A stretch of 64,000 nt of DNA from a virus, in IMG/VR virus record IMGVR_UViG_3300027759_000070, positions 22,972 to 86,971 of that record, one strand, 5' to 3'. Positions within the stretch are counted from its first letter, which is position 1. Every line of letters begins with the position of its first letter. Below the pieces are notes generated by a model. The model saw nothing but the letters and a program-made list of their open reading frames with translations. It was not told the origin of the DNA and ran no database searches. The position numbers and the translations under genes were made by a program. Shown here in pieces: positions 9,768-20,320 of the stretch.

Positions 9768-10919
9768 TTAAAGTCCAGAAAGAAATATTAATTTTGTATT
9801 AATTGAATTGGTGTCTTTCCAACCAACTTCGTTTAATACTGCTAAGTTTATTTCTGAAGACTGAGTTAAATGTGGTAATGATACATGTATTGCGTTCTTA
9901 CTTAAAATTGTATAATTTATTTTTGGGATTATAAATCCACTAACATTTGGATAATAAGTGTATCCAAATCCCGAATAATTGGTATACAAAGTCGAAGATT
10001 TACTGCTGAGTAATATATTACTTGTGTATTGTAAGTTTTTCCCTATTATCGTAAGAGATAAAGGAAAATCCTTCGGTTGTATTATGACTTCGGTTCCTGA
10101 TAATTCTATCATTCTTCCAGAAGAATTTAAATACAAATTAGTTAAATATGGTGCTCCAGAAATAGACACAGTTTCATTTTCGTTTAATAATCCCTTTGCA
10201 GAATCATACACATAATTTTCTGACGATAAACTATCAGTAAAAGAATCGAATAATAATTTGCTAGAAACTCTAAAGTTAGAATCTACAAAATAAATGTTTT
10301 TCGCATAGTCCGAATCAACACTAGGAAATAACCAACCTTTAATTGTAAATGATGTAGTCGCTATGAATCTTGGTTTATCTGCTGATGTTACATCAATTGG
10401 GTATTCTGTACTAATAGTTCCATCCCATAATACTTCTGATCTAATTTCATTTAATGATTCTATTCCAAATGCTGTCGGAATTTTCCAACATATTATAATA
10501 TATGGATTAGAATAAGGAATAAAATTCGACAGTATCTGATCCATGTCACTCTGATAATTTGTTAATATATTAACAGCAACTGTCAAATTTACAGGGACAG
10601 GCATTCTTACATGGGTAGTAAGTTTACCGTAACCGTTATTTTTTACTGGCTGGTAAAAACCATCAATTTTATTGAAAACTCTGGTTTCATCCCTTGCTAT
10701 TGAAGTAATGTTTACGGCTATAACAGGAACTGTGATATTCTGAGCTTTATTAACTATATCATGTATCACCCTTTCTTTGGGTGCATGAACATATCTAACT
10801 CGTATTTGTTCTTTGGCTTCTCTGTTCTTATTATGTCTAGTAATAAGAACATCATCCATCGCAGCAATAAATTGCGTCAATAAATCATGAATTTCAAAAT
10901 GGAATCCATTGTTTTGCAT
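9768..10919 (-). CDS. gp15: Tail terminator/sheath stabiliser (gp15-like) with C-terminal extension
   Basis: YAPKER-like YVHAPKER, MPVPVNL, DMDQIL..FIPY.NPY, FTIKGWLF. Confidence 0.8.
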   Translation of the reverse strand: MQNNGFHFEIHDLLTQFIAAMDDVLITRHNKNREAKEQIRVRYVHAPKERVIHDIVNKAQNITVPVIAVNITSIARDETRVFNKIDGFYQPVKNNGYGKLTTHVRMPVPVNLTVAVNILTNYQSDMDQILSNFIPYSNPYIIICWKIPTAFGIESLNEIRSEVLWDGTISTEYPIDVTSADKPRFIATTSFTIKGWLFPSVDSDYAKNIYFVDSNFRVSSKLLFDSFTDSLSSENYVYDSAKGLLNENETVSISGAPYLTNLYLNSSGRMIELSGTEVIIQPKDFPLSLTIIGKNLQYTSNILLSSKSSTLYTNYSGFGYTYYPNVSGFIIPKINYTILSKNAIHVSLPHLTQSSEINLAVLNEVGWKDTNSINTKLIFLSGL

Positions 10920-13339
10920 TAGGATTTAAGACGGAATGAATTGATATATATTCCTTCACACAATATATCAAATGTAGATTTTCTACTAAATGATTCCTTT
11001 TTAACTGTCTTGGAAGATGCTAAAGAATCAAGAACTACTTTAAGTTCTGGTGAACCAGATAATTGTCTCCTATATTTGTTACAAAGTTTTCTTGCTATGA
11101 CTGCTTGTTTATTAGAAAGTTTATGTTGATTCGCTAGACTATGACCGATAATACCATCAATTTTATTGAATCCGACATTATTCTTTTCTTGTGCAAAATC
11201 TTCATCCATTCCAGCTATTATTTGTAGGAGTTTTAAGCAAGCTTCTTTAACTTCATCGGTTATTGTAGGATCTTGTGCTTCTTTTCTGATTTGTTCTGGT
11301 GTTACATTTTTTGTAACATACTCACCAGCAATATCAACAGGATGATCTACAAATACTATATCTTCCCCAGCAGTTTCTTTCTTGTCTAAAATCTTGTCAT
11401 TAACACCAGCTTTATTAATGAAACTTCTAATCATTATTTCATCGATTGAATCTTTTGCTGCCAAATAATGTATTTCTACGTTTTTGGTCTGCCCAATACG
11501 ATGTGCCCTATCTTCTGCTTGAATAATCGTGGTTGGTCGCCAATCAAATTCACCGAATATAACAGTAGTAGCTGCTGTCAAGGTTAATCCAGTGGCACTT
11601 GCTAATATAGAACCAATAAATACTTTGACATCTGGATTAGTTTGAAATTCATCTACTATGTCCGTAACTTCATCCGCCGCTGCTCCACCAATTAACATTA
11701 CCGATCTTTTTCCAAAATGTTGTTGTAGTCTCTGAACCACTTCTCTGTGGTGAGCAAATATGATAATTTTTTCTCCAGATTTTAATACTTTTTCAGCATG
11801 TTCTATAATATGTGGCAATTTTTGTATACCCAAAAGTGATCTTTGCTGAGAAATAGTTTCAAAGAATATTCTTTGTTTTTGTTCTAATTCTTGTGTATAC
11901 TTATTAAACTGAGAAAGATCATCATTTGATTTTGCTAATTCAATATAAGCAACTAGCTCTTCGGTTTCTTTTCTTAATTCATCTCTTATTTGAAGTTCTT
12001 CTGCTTTTTCTTTTGCTGAAGATTCAAACGTAATAATACTCCTTGTTTTTGGTGGAATATCTTTCAGAACATCCTTTTTCAATCTACGAACCATGATGGT
12101 AGATCTCAAAAGATCCTGTAATGCTTCCATGTCCGAATCTTTTGGAGTATTGTATTCTAATCCATATCGACCTTGTGTTGCACCACAATACTTTGTGATA
12201 AACGTGAAATAGTTATTCCATCTATTTGGATCTAGATAATGTAATAATGCAAACAAATCTTGTGGCTTATTGTCGATGGGTGTACCAGTCAAAAACAAAG
12301 CTCTTTTGGTTTGAACAGGTTTTTTAACATCTTTTGGGTTCATTTTTCTGGCATCGTATGGATGTGTCCCCAAAATTGCCATAGATCTTTTTGCTGTTTT
12401 GTTCTTCATGTAATGAGCTTCATCAGCAATAACCAAATCAAATTCGCCCATTTCATCAATTTGTTTCTTCAAATCATATATTATATCATAATTGACTATG
12501 ATAATTCCTCCCATTTTTGCAGGGAATGCCTTTTTATTATCTACAACGGTTATCTTTCTTTTCGAGATTAACCATTTTTCTAATTCGTTTTTCCAATTGT
12601 ATTTTAATTTCTGAGGACACAAAATTAAAACATTTTGAATATCACTATCATATACATTTATGTAACCGATAGCTTGAATAGTTTTTCCTAAACCCATTTC
12701 ATCTGCAATGAATACTTTGTCTTTACCCATCGCAAATCTAATACCTGATTCTTGGAATGGTAGATATTTTAATCCTTCTGGTGCGGGTATGGGAGAATCA
12801 GGAGAAGCACCTTCGGGTTTTGGTTCTTCACCAGTTGATCTACTAATTTCTTTAGCATCAACATAAGGTTGTAGTTCCTTTTTTAATTCTACATCAGAAT
12901 CTGGAACATATTCAATCAATCTTGCTGCTGTAGCAGCATCACCTGTCCACCAATATTTTCTATCCCTATCAAAAATAAATTTTTTTGATTTGACCATGTC
13001 TTTTACCGCTTCATCATATTTAAATGATATAATATATCTATCTCCATTTTTACTTAAAATGGGTTTAGAAGCGGCTGATGCTACTGTTGATGTAGGTGTA
13101 ACATCAGTATTTCCAGATTTATTCAAATATTCTTTATAGCAATCTTCGTGCATTACTATTTTTGGACTTGAGTTCCAGAAAATTCTCTGCCCAACATTAA
13201 TTTTTACTCCGTGTTTGCAATTTTCATAACCACATCTACCGGGAAATTTACTCGACATAAACCCCTCTTCTAACATACTTAGAAGAGATTCAGATATAGG
13301 TATGAATTTTTTTCTTTTTTTAGACTGTAAACTAGACAT
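10919..13339 (-). CDS. SNF2-family (SMARCAL1/HARP-like) helicase
   Basis: ADEMGLGKT, DEAH, LTGTP..N, RRLK, GLTLTAA, QAEDRAHRIGQ; N-terminal Cys/His motif. Confidence 0.93.
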   Translation of the reverse strand: MSSLQSKKRKKFIPISESLLSMLEEGFMSSKFPGRCGYENCKHGVKINVGQRIFWNSSPKIVMHEDCYKEYLNKSGNTDVTPTSTVASAASKPILSKNGDRYIISFKYDEAVKDMVKSKKFIFDRDRKYWWTGDAATAARLIEYVPDSDVELKKELQPYVDAKEISRSTGEEPKPEGASPDSPIPAPEGLKYLPFQESGIRFAMGKDKVFIADEMGLGKTIQAIGYINVYDSDIQNVLILCPQKLKYNWKNELEKWLISKRKITVVDNKKAFPAKMGGIIIVNYDIIYDLKKQIDEMGEFDLVIADEAHYMKNKTAKRSMAILGTHPYDARKMNPKDVKKPVQTKRALFLTGTPIDNKPQDLFALLHYLDPNRWNNYFTFITKYCGATQGRYGLEYNTPKDSDMEALQDLLRSTIMVRRLKKDVLKDIPPKTRSIITFESSAKEKAEELQIRDELRKETEELVAYIELAKSNDDLSQFNKYTQELEQKQRIFFETISQQRSLLGIQKLPHIIEHAEKVLKSGEKIIIFAHHREVVQRLQQHFGKRSVMLIGGAAADEVTDIVDEFQTNPDVKVFIGSILASATGLTLTAATTVIFGEFDWRPTTIIQAEDRAHRIGQTKNVEIHYLAAKDSIDEIMIRSFINKAGVNDKILDKKETAGEDIVFVDHPVDIAGEYVTKNVTPEQIRKEAQDPTITDEVKEACLKLLQIIAGMDEDFAQEKNNVGFNKIDGIIGHSLANQHKLSNKQAVIARKLCNKYRRQLSGSPELKVVLDSLASSKTVKKESFSRKSTFDILCEGIYINSFRLKS

Positions 13340-13354
13340 ACTTATATTTACCGC

Positions 13355-14983
13355 CTATACAAATCTTTTTAAGAAATATTTTGGTAGTTTTTTAGCATTC
13401 CTAATAACAGCATCAGATATAGATCCATCTAGAATGTAAGTTATACATTTATCCTGTTTTGTTCTTACTCCTCTACCACAGGCTTGAATTAGATGATTCA
13501 GCATCTGATTAACATACCAATTTGGATCATCTTTGAATAACTTTTTGATTCTCTCATCATTTAATGGCATGTATGCAGCCTTTGCTACAATTTGAAACCT
13601 AGCCAAATCTTCTTTCAAATCTACACCATACGTCATTGACGGACTGACCAACACTGTTGGTCCTGTGGATTCTATATGTTGCCTAATAATTTGCTCGTTG
13701 TTTGCACCATCTAATCTGAACAAAAATCTAGGATCATCAATATTATCTTTCAAATATTGAGTAATTTCCATAGTATGAGTATGGATTACACCCTTTACAT
13801 TTTTATGAAAATCACAAATCTTTAAAATATTATCCTTTAATACTGGAAGTTTCTCTTTAAGATTTTTGTAATTTAGTTTATGTGCTGTGGAAACATGAAT
13901 AGGAGCATTTTTAGGATCAAAAGTAGAATCTACTTCAATATATTGATACTTTTCAATTCCCAATGTTTTGGCAAAATTAGCAGGATCAATAATCGTAGCA
14001 GACATTAACAAAATCTTTTTTCCATACTTAAAGATATGCTTTGCCAGATTATCTACCCTTAATGGTTTAAGGGTCACTCCGTCCAAGTTATGTTCAATTA
14101 CATACTCACATTCTTCCCATGTTTCAATTGTTGTTTGAATTTGGGCAAGAAGATTTGTGAACAGTTTAAATCTCTGTACATCAGAATCTGCTGTTGATGT
14201 GTTTCTCTTCTTTTTTCCTAGAATCTTTTTAAGATCTTCGATTTCGTTTCCTAGTTTTAAAGTCAATTCTCCCAACCAGATTCTGAATTTTCCATAATTC
14301 TCCACAGGAACATCTGTAGGTTTATATCCCAAACGCTTTAAAATTTTGTAATTCAAACTTCTGCTGAAGCGTTTAACTAATTCAGACTCCATTTCAGAAG
14401 CTTCATCGCATACAATATATTGCCTATGACGAACATGTTCAGGAAGAGATAAAAACATGCTGTAATTAAGCACTCCAAACTTATTAGTCAACATATCTCT
14501 CCTAGAATTATAATAATCACAGGTAGAATTCAAAATACATGATTCTTTGATCCTTGGATTAAAGTGACAGGGAGCAAAATCTACATTATAACTAGGATCT
14601 ACCCTACAAAGATAATTACTTTTACCTTTCAATGAACACGAATCTTTAAATAATTCAGTGTATTGGTCTTGTAGACTTTTTGTAATAGTCAGAGCAAATG
14701 CTCCAAATGGAGGTTGGTCTTCACATTCTTCAGCCTTTGCAAAGTCTCCAAATTGGTCAACCCTAAATGCATTGTAGGATTCAACTAAACTTTGAAATTT
14801 AGCAGGGACTTCATCCGAATAATTGGATAAAGTTTTAGAGAGGAACGATTTTCCACTTCCAGTCGGAGCACAACAAATTACGAAATCGTAGCCAGAGTTA
14901 AAGGCTAAATCAATTTTATCAAGAAGTTCTACTTGTTGTGTTTGTGGAACGAACCCATTTGGGAAATGATCTAATAGAGGCAT
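13355..14983 (-). CDS. DinG/XPD-family helicase
   Basis: APTGSGKS, DEAS, MSAT, GVD, QACGRGVR; four-Cys segment after LKGKSNY. Confidence 0.9.
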   Translation of the reverse strand: MPLLDHFPNGFVPQTQQVELLDKIDLAFNSGYDFVICCAPTGSGKSFLSKTLSNYSDEVPAKFQSLVESYNAFRVDQFGDFAKAEECEDQPPFGAFALTITKSLQDQYTELFKDSCSLKGKSNYLCRVDPSYNVDFAPCHFNPRIKESCILNSTCDYYNSRRDMLTNKFGVLNYSMFLSLPEHVRHRQYIVCDEASEMESELVKRFSRSLNYKILKRLGYKPTDVPVENYGKFRIWLGELTLKLGNEIEDLKKILGKKKRNTSTADSDVQRFKLFTNLLAQIQTTIETWEECEYVIEHNLDGVTLKPLRVDNLAKHIFKYGKKILLMSATIIDPANFAKTLGIEKYQYIEVDSTFDPKNAPIHVSTAHKLNYKNLKEKLPVLKDNILKICDFHKNVKGVIHTHTMEITQYLKDNIDDPRFLFRLDGANNEQIIRQHIESTGPTVLVSPSMTYGVDLKEDLARFQIVAKAAYMPLNDERIKKLFKDDPNWYVNQMLNHLIQACGRGVRTKQDKCITYILDGSISDAVIRNAKKLPKYFLKRFV

Positions 14984-14989
14984 TAATGG

Positions 14990-15018
14990 ATCATACTACG
15001 GAACCAAGGATAAATCAA
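14990..15018 (-). promoter_or_regulatory. Sigma70-like promoter of DinG gene (leaderless)
   Basis: TTGATT-N17-TATGAT, 6 nt before ATG. Confidence 0.65.
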
Positions 15019-15358
15019 GCTTATTCTTCTCAAATAATATAACTTTAGTGTTATAAAAACGAGAATTATTTTTTTGATTTAAAGACATCAATTTAAAATA
15101 AAGATCGGAATCGTTTTCCGAAATAGCCGATAAAGTATAATCCAATATCAAATAGTTTTTTTCTTTTTTTACTTTAAACGGATATGGTATTTCAACTTTT
15201 TTTTGAGTTACGTTATTTCCTATCTTTAAATATATATAAAAATAATAATCTTTTTTATTAAAAAGTACTAATTTACCTTCTTTTAGAATTTTACTATTCG
15301 AAGATAATACTATATCTCTTTGTAGAAAATATTTAAACTCATTCTCTATGTCTTCCAT
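14996..15358 (-). CDS. Hypothetical protein
   Basis: 120 aa ORF with TTGATA-N16-TAAATA upstream. Confidence 0.7.
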   Translation of the reverse strand: MEDIENEFKYFLQRDIVLSSNSKILKEGKLVLFNKKDYYFYIYLKIGNNVTQKKVEIPYPFKVKKEKNYLILDYTLSAISENDSDLYFKLMSLNQKNNSRFYNTKVILFEKNKLDLSLVP

Positions 15359-15388
15359 TTATTGTATTTAAATGAAAAATACAGAATA

Positions 15389-15805
15389 TCAAGAATCCAT
15401 AAAATATAATTTTTCATTTGGAGTCATTGTTAGATATACTTTATTAAATGTCTTCCAAAATTCTCTTTCTTGTGCTACGGGATATGTAGTTACTAGGTAA
15501 CATTCATTATAGTTTATACACCTAAAATCCATCATTAATATATCCCATGTGATAATTAATTTCTTTTCTCTTGGATTGAATGGTGGTAATCCACTTGGTC
15601 TTTTGTACCCTAAAACTCTTCTTCCATTATTTGAATTCAATAATGCCATTGAGTTAGAACACAACATCCTGCGGAAGGCAGGTCTACCCTCCACAGGATT
15701 TCGGCGTTTTATAAAAAGTTCACAAACATTATTTCTTAAAGCCATTTCTAATTGGCTATAATTAGTTTGTAATACTAAAGGATTTTCGTAATCTCTTCTC
15801 GGCAC
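15389..15805 (-). CDS. Hypothetical protein (possible SH3/WYL-like beta barrel)
   Basis: GTG start after CTAAATA-N5; F.KR....RRMLC ... WD....DFR pattern. Confidence 0.6.
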   Translation of the reverse strand: MPRRDYENPLVLQTNYSQLEMALRNNVCELFIKRRNPVEGRPAFRRMLCSNSMALLNSNNGRRVLGYKRPSGLPPFNPREKKLIITWDILMMDFRCINYNECYLVTTYPVAQEREFWKTFNKVYLTMTPNEKLYFMDS

Positions 15806-15809
15806 CTAA

Positions 15810-16250
15810 TTATTTAGTACCTTTGTCTTTCTTCTTATCTTCTTTTCTTTTAGCAATACCAAACATCCTCTGTTCATTCAAGAACATACCTTTCTTAACC
15901 AAGCCATAGCCTTCTACTTCGATGTTAGCTACACTAACACCTTTATCATTCGGGAATACAATAATGTCATCCTTTTTACAAAATTGAACATTTGGACCCA
16001 TTAAAACCACTTTAGCTTTTCTCCAAGCTTTTGTGTTTATATTTGTGGGAACGAATAAAGATCCCCGCTTTACTACAGATCCTTGTGAATCTTCGACTTC
16101 GTCAACGAATTCAACTAAAACTATATCATCAAAAATAAAAGATAACTGGAAATCGTCTAATCCGAATGATCCTTCTGAATTTGCATTCAAATCGATCATT
16201 CCCTTTTTTTGCTTCACATTATCCATGTGAGATGGTACTTCTATAGGCAT
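15810..16250 (-). CDS. GroES-like co-chaperonin (gp31-like)
   Basis: DDIVLVE, GSLFVP, AKVVLMGP, KKDDIIVFP, FLNEQRMFG match the Cpn10 pattern. Confidence 0.75.
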   Translation of the reverse strand: MPIEVPSHMDNVKQKKGMIDLNANSEGSFGLDDFQLSFIFDDIVLVEFVDEVEDSQGSVVKRGSLFVPTNINTKAWRKAKVVLMGPNVQFCKKDDIIVFPNDKGVSVANIEVEGYGLVKKGMFLNEQRMFGIAKRKEDKKKDKGTK

Positions 16251-16255
16251 ATAAA

Positions 16256-16633
16256 TTAATTATGTTGGTTTTTCAGAAAGTCAACATATTGTTTAATTTC
16301 TCTTTCTGATAATTCAAAATTTTTTGCTAAAATTTTAGTATCAGCATTTTCTTGAATTTTTTCTTCTTTGTTTTTCTTTAAATAACTAATTCTTTTTTTC
16401 TTTACTTTTGGTAAAATATTTAATAAGAATTCGTACTGTTCCTGTTTCGTGGAAAACGTCTTTCCATAGACATTTGTCGTTTGATTAAGTATCTCAGAAA
16501 TGTCGGGAGAATACATGCTACACCAGCGAGCAACCATATAATAATTGAACTGTGTTTCTCCTTCATTTATCGTATTTAGTTTCTTCTTATTGAATAAGAC
16601 AGAATCTATGAAATTAAATATTGTATCTTCCAT
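16256..16633 (-). CDS. gp62: Clamp loader small subunit (gp62-like)
   Basis: FNFIDSV..KK, YMVARWCSM, QYEFLLNILPK, FELSEREIKQY. Confidence 0.7.
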   Translation of the reverse strand: MEDTIFNFIDSVLFNKKKLNTINEGETQFNYYMVARWCSMYSPDISEILNQTTNVYGKTFSTKQEQYEFLLNILPKVKKKRISYLKKNKEEKIQENADTKILAKNFELSEREIKQYVDFLKNQHN

Positions 16634-17625
16634 TATTTTTCTAACTGTTCTTTAATCCACCAGTATACACTACTCAATCCCTTTTGTAAAGGGTAATTTG
16701 GCTTCCAGTTTAACTTCTTGAAAATCAACTCATTGTCGGAATTTCTGCCGCGAACACCAAGGGGTCCACTGATATGCTTTTTAACTAAATTTTTACTTTC
16801 CATCGAAGCCGCAATATCAACAAGTTGATTTATGGTAACCATCTCGTCCGAACCGATATTTACTGGACCAGTAAAATCAGATTCCATTAGTCTTCTTACT
16901 CCTTCAATACATTCGTCAATATACAGAAATGATCTGGTCTGTTTCCCATCACCCCATATTTCGATTTCTCCTCCATCTTTTGCCATTAATACTTTTCTGC
17001 AAATAGCTGCTGGTGCCTTTTCTTTTCCACCGTTCCAAGTTCCCATAGGACCAAAAATATTATGGAAGCGAGCAATACGGACATTCATTCCAAAATTTCT
17101 TGCATATGCCAAATAAAGTCTTTCGCTGAAAAGCTTTTCCCATCCATATTCACTATCTGGTGCAGCAGGATATGCAGACTCTTCTGAGCACTTTGGATTA
17201 TTCGGATCTTCTTGGTTGTATGCTGGGTACATACAGGCACTGCTCGAATAGAACACTTTCTTTACATTAAATTGTTTACAGAGTTCAGCGATGTTCAAAT
17301 TAATTTGAGCCGAATTATGCATCAAAACAGCATCATTATCACCACTAAAGATGTATCCAGCCCCACCCATGTCTGCTGCTAATTGATATACTTCATCAAA
17401 TGCGTTTTCTTTTTCATCCAAACTGTGTTGACCGGGTGCCATCATTAGCAATGAACATTTATTATAATCCGTTAAATCCGCAATCACAAAGTCATCCGCA
17501 GATGTTTTCGAATATTCTGGATACTTTAAATCCGCAGCACGAACCCAATATCCTTCAGACTTTAAACGATTGACCAAATGATTTCCGATAAATCCCCCTG
17601 CTCCTAGTACTAATGCTTTTTTCAT
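16633..17625 (-). CDS. GDP-mannose 3,5-epimerase-like NAD-dependent epimerase
   Basis: GAGGFIG, LAADMGGAGYI, SSACMYP, YGWEK, RFHNIFGP, GKEKAPAAICRK, GVRGRNSDN. Confidence 0.92.
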   Translation of the reverse strand: MKKALVLGAGGFIGNHLVNRLKSEGYWVRAADLKYPEYSKTSADDFVIADLTDYNKCSLLMMAPGQHSLDEKENAFDEVYQLAADMGGAGYIFSGDNDAVLMHNSAQINLNIAELCKQFNVKKVFYSSSACMYPAYNQEDPNNPKCSEESAYPAAPDSEYGWEKLFSERLYLAYARNFGMNVRIARFHNIFGPMGTWNGGKEKAPAAICRKVLMAKDGGEIEIWGDGKQTRSFLYIDECIEGVRRLMESDFTGPVNIGSDEMVTINQLVDIAASMESKNLVKKHISGPLGVRGRNSDNELIFKKLNWKPNYPLQKGLSSVYWWIKEQLEK

Positions 17626-17627
17626 AT

Positions 17628-18350
17628 TTAAATATTTTTTATAAAAATTCTATTGTGTCCAACACATGATAATTCTTCGTAATTCTTGTCAGTTTCCATA
17701 TGATCCTTTATGGCATCACAAACCTCTTTATGTCCCCTAAATATAGGCAATCCACCAAGATCCTTATAACATGATGCATCATCAAACACTATAACTCCTT
17801 TGTTTTTTGTTATTTCTTTAGCTAAAGCTATATCAGAAACTACCGTATCATAATCATGACCACCATCTACATAAATTAGATCAATAGGCCCAATTTTCTT
17901 AATTTCATCTTTTATAGAATTATCCGTAGAAAATCCTCGTATTATTTGTTTATCTAAATCAAATGGCAAAGAAAACTTATCAAATAATCCTTTAACTAAT
18001 TTAGGATAATCAACTTTATCATATGTTGAATATTTGTCTCCTGCATCAGATAATGGAGAAACCCCGTATATTGACGCATTTTTATTGTATTTTTTATTTA
18101 AAAATGTTATTAGATTCAATATCTGTCCTTTAAAAACTCCTATTTCTAGAAATGTAAATACGGAAGGCATTTCTTTTACTAATTCTCTCCACATTACATA
18201 ATGTGCATCATCAACAAACCCATAAGAATTCTGTTTAACATACTCTCTTATTAATTTTAATTTATCGTCACTCCTATATTCGGAATTACACAAATTATAC
18301 AAATCTACTTCGTTTTTATTTTTAAAAAATTCAAACATAATACTAGTCAA
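17628..18350 (-). CDS. Class I SAM-dependent methyltransferase (Methyltransf_24-like)
   Basis: FLEIGVFKG, DLIYVDGGHDY, GVIVFDD. Confidence 0.85.
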   Translation of the reverse strand: MTSIMFEFFKNKNEVDLYNLCNSEYRSDDKLKLIREYVKQNSYGFVDDAHYVMWRELVKEMPSVFTFLEIGVFKGQILNLITFLNKKYNKNASIYGVSPLSDAGDKYSTYDKVDYPKLVKGLFDKFSLPFDLDKQIIRGFSTDNSIKDEIKKIGPIDLIYVDGGHDYDTVVSDIALAKEITKNKGVIVFDDASCYKDLGGLPIFRGHKEVCDAIKDHMETDKNYEELSCVGHNRIFIKNI

Positions 18351-18936
18351 TACAATTTTTAATGATTTCTGTATACTCTGCGTCTTTTGTGATTAACTTT
18401 TCGTATCGTTCTTTTGAAATATATTTTGGATTTATCCACCAATCTTCAAATGGATTTCCAGACAGATGTACATTATCTCCTACCAAAACATATCCTAAAC
18501 TACTTAAAAATTCTCTTTGAGGAATTTTTTCTGAAAGTTCGTATCCTCTGTAAGAATCATGTTCTATAGTCAAAACTTTAAATTCCCTACCAGAAGAAAA
18601 TACGTTTTTTAACGTCCGCACTCTCGTATTATCTCCTTCCAAATCAATAGTCAAATAATCAATTACAGCAGGAAAACCATTATCATCAAATAATTTTTTA
18701 TAGTCTATATTTAGAGCATCATTACAAACAAATTTAGTCTTTCTCTTTTGCCATTCTTTTGACAAATCGGTTATATCTAAAGATAATCCATCCCATCCTT
18801 CGTTTTCTAATTTTAATGTGTTGTTTATATTGTCTGGAACCCAGCATCCAATATCTACAAAAAACTTTTTATCATCAGTTTTTACCAAATACGAAACAAA
18901 TATATCTTGACCAGCTTGTGAAAAACTATCACTCAT
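18343..18936 (-). CDS. FkbM-like methyltransferase
   Basis: SQAGQD, FVDIG, NNT..LE..GW.G, IDYLTIDLEG, TIEHD. Confidence 0.8.
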   Translation of the reverse strand: MSDSFSQAGQDIFVSYLVKTDDKKFFVDIGCWVPDNINNTLKLENEGWDGLSLDITDLSKEWQKRKTKFVCNDALNIDYKKLFDDNGFPAVIDYLTIDLEGDNTRVRTLKNVFSSGREFKVLTIEHDSYRGYELSEKIPQREFLSSLGYVLVGDNVHLSGNPFEDWWINPKYISKERYEKLITKDAEYTEIIKNCID

Positions 18937-18942
18937 ATCAAT

Positions 18943-19704
18943 TTACTTAATTAGATATTTTGCATTTTCAATACAAATTTGTTTATTATCATAATGATGA
19001 GTTACACAATTATAAGTTTGAACCACTTTGTAATTGTGTTTAAAAAATATCCAATTATTTGCAGTTTGTTCACAACAATGCCAAATTTTAGAATTTACGT
19101 CAGTAACATCAGAAATATCAACATTCACCATAGAATCACAAACAGATCTTAATTCTAATTCTGGATAATCATGTGGTATTCCAAGAACACCTAAATTATA
19201 AATTGGTATATCTGTTCTTCCAATAGTATTTTGTGCTACCTTTATTTCACCCATCAAAGGATTTCCTTCCTGTATTCTTCTTTCGTATTTCCATACAAAA
19301 ACTTCATTAGGATTTGGTTCTGGTAAAGCATCATGAAATATCAAATCATTATCAATCTTTACAGTAAATTCTGTACTACTTTTTGCATAATAAATAAAAT
19401 CGGTTAATACATCAAAACAATATTTTAATCCATTGGTATACTTTTTAAACATTGGAATAATGTCATGATATCTTACTCGATCTTGATCAATGTTGTATTT
19501 AAACATTTTTTCTTTCAGATACTCTATATCATCTGTGTATATGTCTAAAATTCTTTTTGGGTTTTTATCCACAAATGTAGCATAAGATGCGGCAGAATAT
19601 TCAAATATATAGTTCTTATTCCCATATACATCCTTTGCCCAAGATCTTCCAATCTCTGCTAATTTGTTTATGTCGTAATTATAAGTTAATGCAATTGTTT
19701 TCAT
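18943..19704 (-). CDS. Putative glycosyltransferase (GT-A-like)
   Basis: IYTDD, KIDNDLIF (DxD), YNLGVLG, EQ; lies in glycan operon. Confidence 0.5.
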   Translation of the reverse strand: MKTIALTYNYDINKLAEIGRSWAKDVYGNKNYIFEYSAASYATFVDKNPKRILDIYTDDIEYLKEKMFKYNIDQDRVRYHDIIPMFKKYTNGLKYCFDVLTDFIYYAKSSTEFTVKIDNDLIFHDALPEPNPNEVFVWKYERRIQEGNPLMGEIKVAQNTIGRTDIPIYNLGVLGIPHDYPELELRSVCDSMVNVDISDVTDVNSKIWHCCEQTANNWIFFKHNYKVVQTYNCVTHHYDNKQICIENAKYLIK

Positions 19705-19705
19705 T

Positions 19706-20320
19706 TTATTTTTTAATGTAAAATCCGTCTCCCCAAGATACCCCAGCCCAATCTTGTTCTACTAATTCAAATCCATATGCTCCCAAAAAATTATTTAATT
19801 CATTTACAGATGGAGCATCTTTATAAACCATTTCTTTGTGTTCTGTGTTTCTGTTTATTTCACACATAATATAATCGATATGATTTAAAGTTTTTTCAGA
19901 ACCTTTCAAAACTTCCAACTCATATCCTTGGACATCAATGTTTAAAAAATTATAAAATGTGTAATTAAAATCATCTAATCGTTTCATTTCGACAATTTCT
20001 TTATTACTAAATCTTGTAGTACCCCAATCTAAATTAAAATTGGGTTCCAATATAGACGAACATCCACAAGCATCAACATCCTCTATAAACATTTCTATAG
20101 ATTTTGTTTCATTTCCTAATGCACAATTATGCAAAATAGCATCAGATATTTTACTTCTTAAAACGTCAAAAGTTTTTTTAACTGGTTCAAAATAAACAAG
20201 ATTTGATACATTTAAATTTTTGTATAATTCATGTTCTCCTCCATGATGGGCACCAATATGAATTATTCCATTTATTTTTAAGTTATATTTCTGATTAATC
20301 TGTGCTAAATCCAATATCAT
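19706..20320 (-). CDS. FkbM family methyltransferase
   Basis: IHIGAHHG, FEP, SSILEP, RLDD, IDVQGYELEVLKG, WGDGFY. Confidence 0.9.
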   Translation of the reverse strand: MILDLAQINQKYNLKINGIIHIGAHHGGEHELYKNLNVSNLVYFEPVKKTFDVLRSKISDAILHNCALGNETKSIEMFIEDVDACGCSSILEPNFNLDWGTTRFSNKEIVEMKRLDDFNYTFYNFLNIDVQGYELEVLKGSEKTLNHIDYIMCEINRNTEHKEMVYKDAPSVNELNNFLGAYGFELVEQDWAGVSWGDGFYIKK

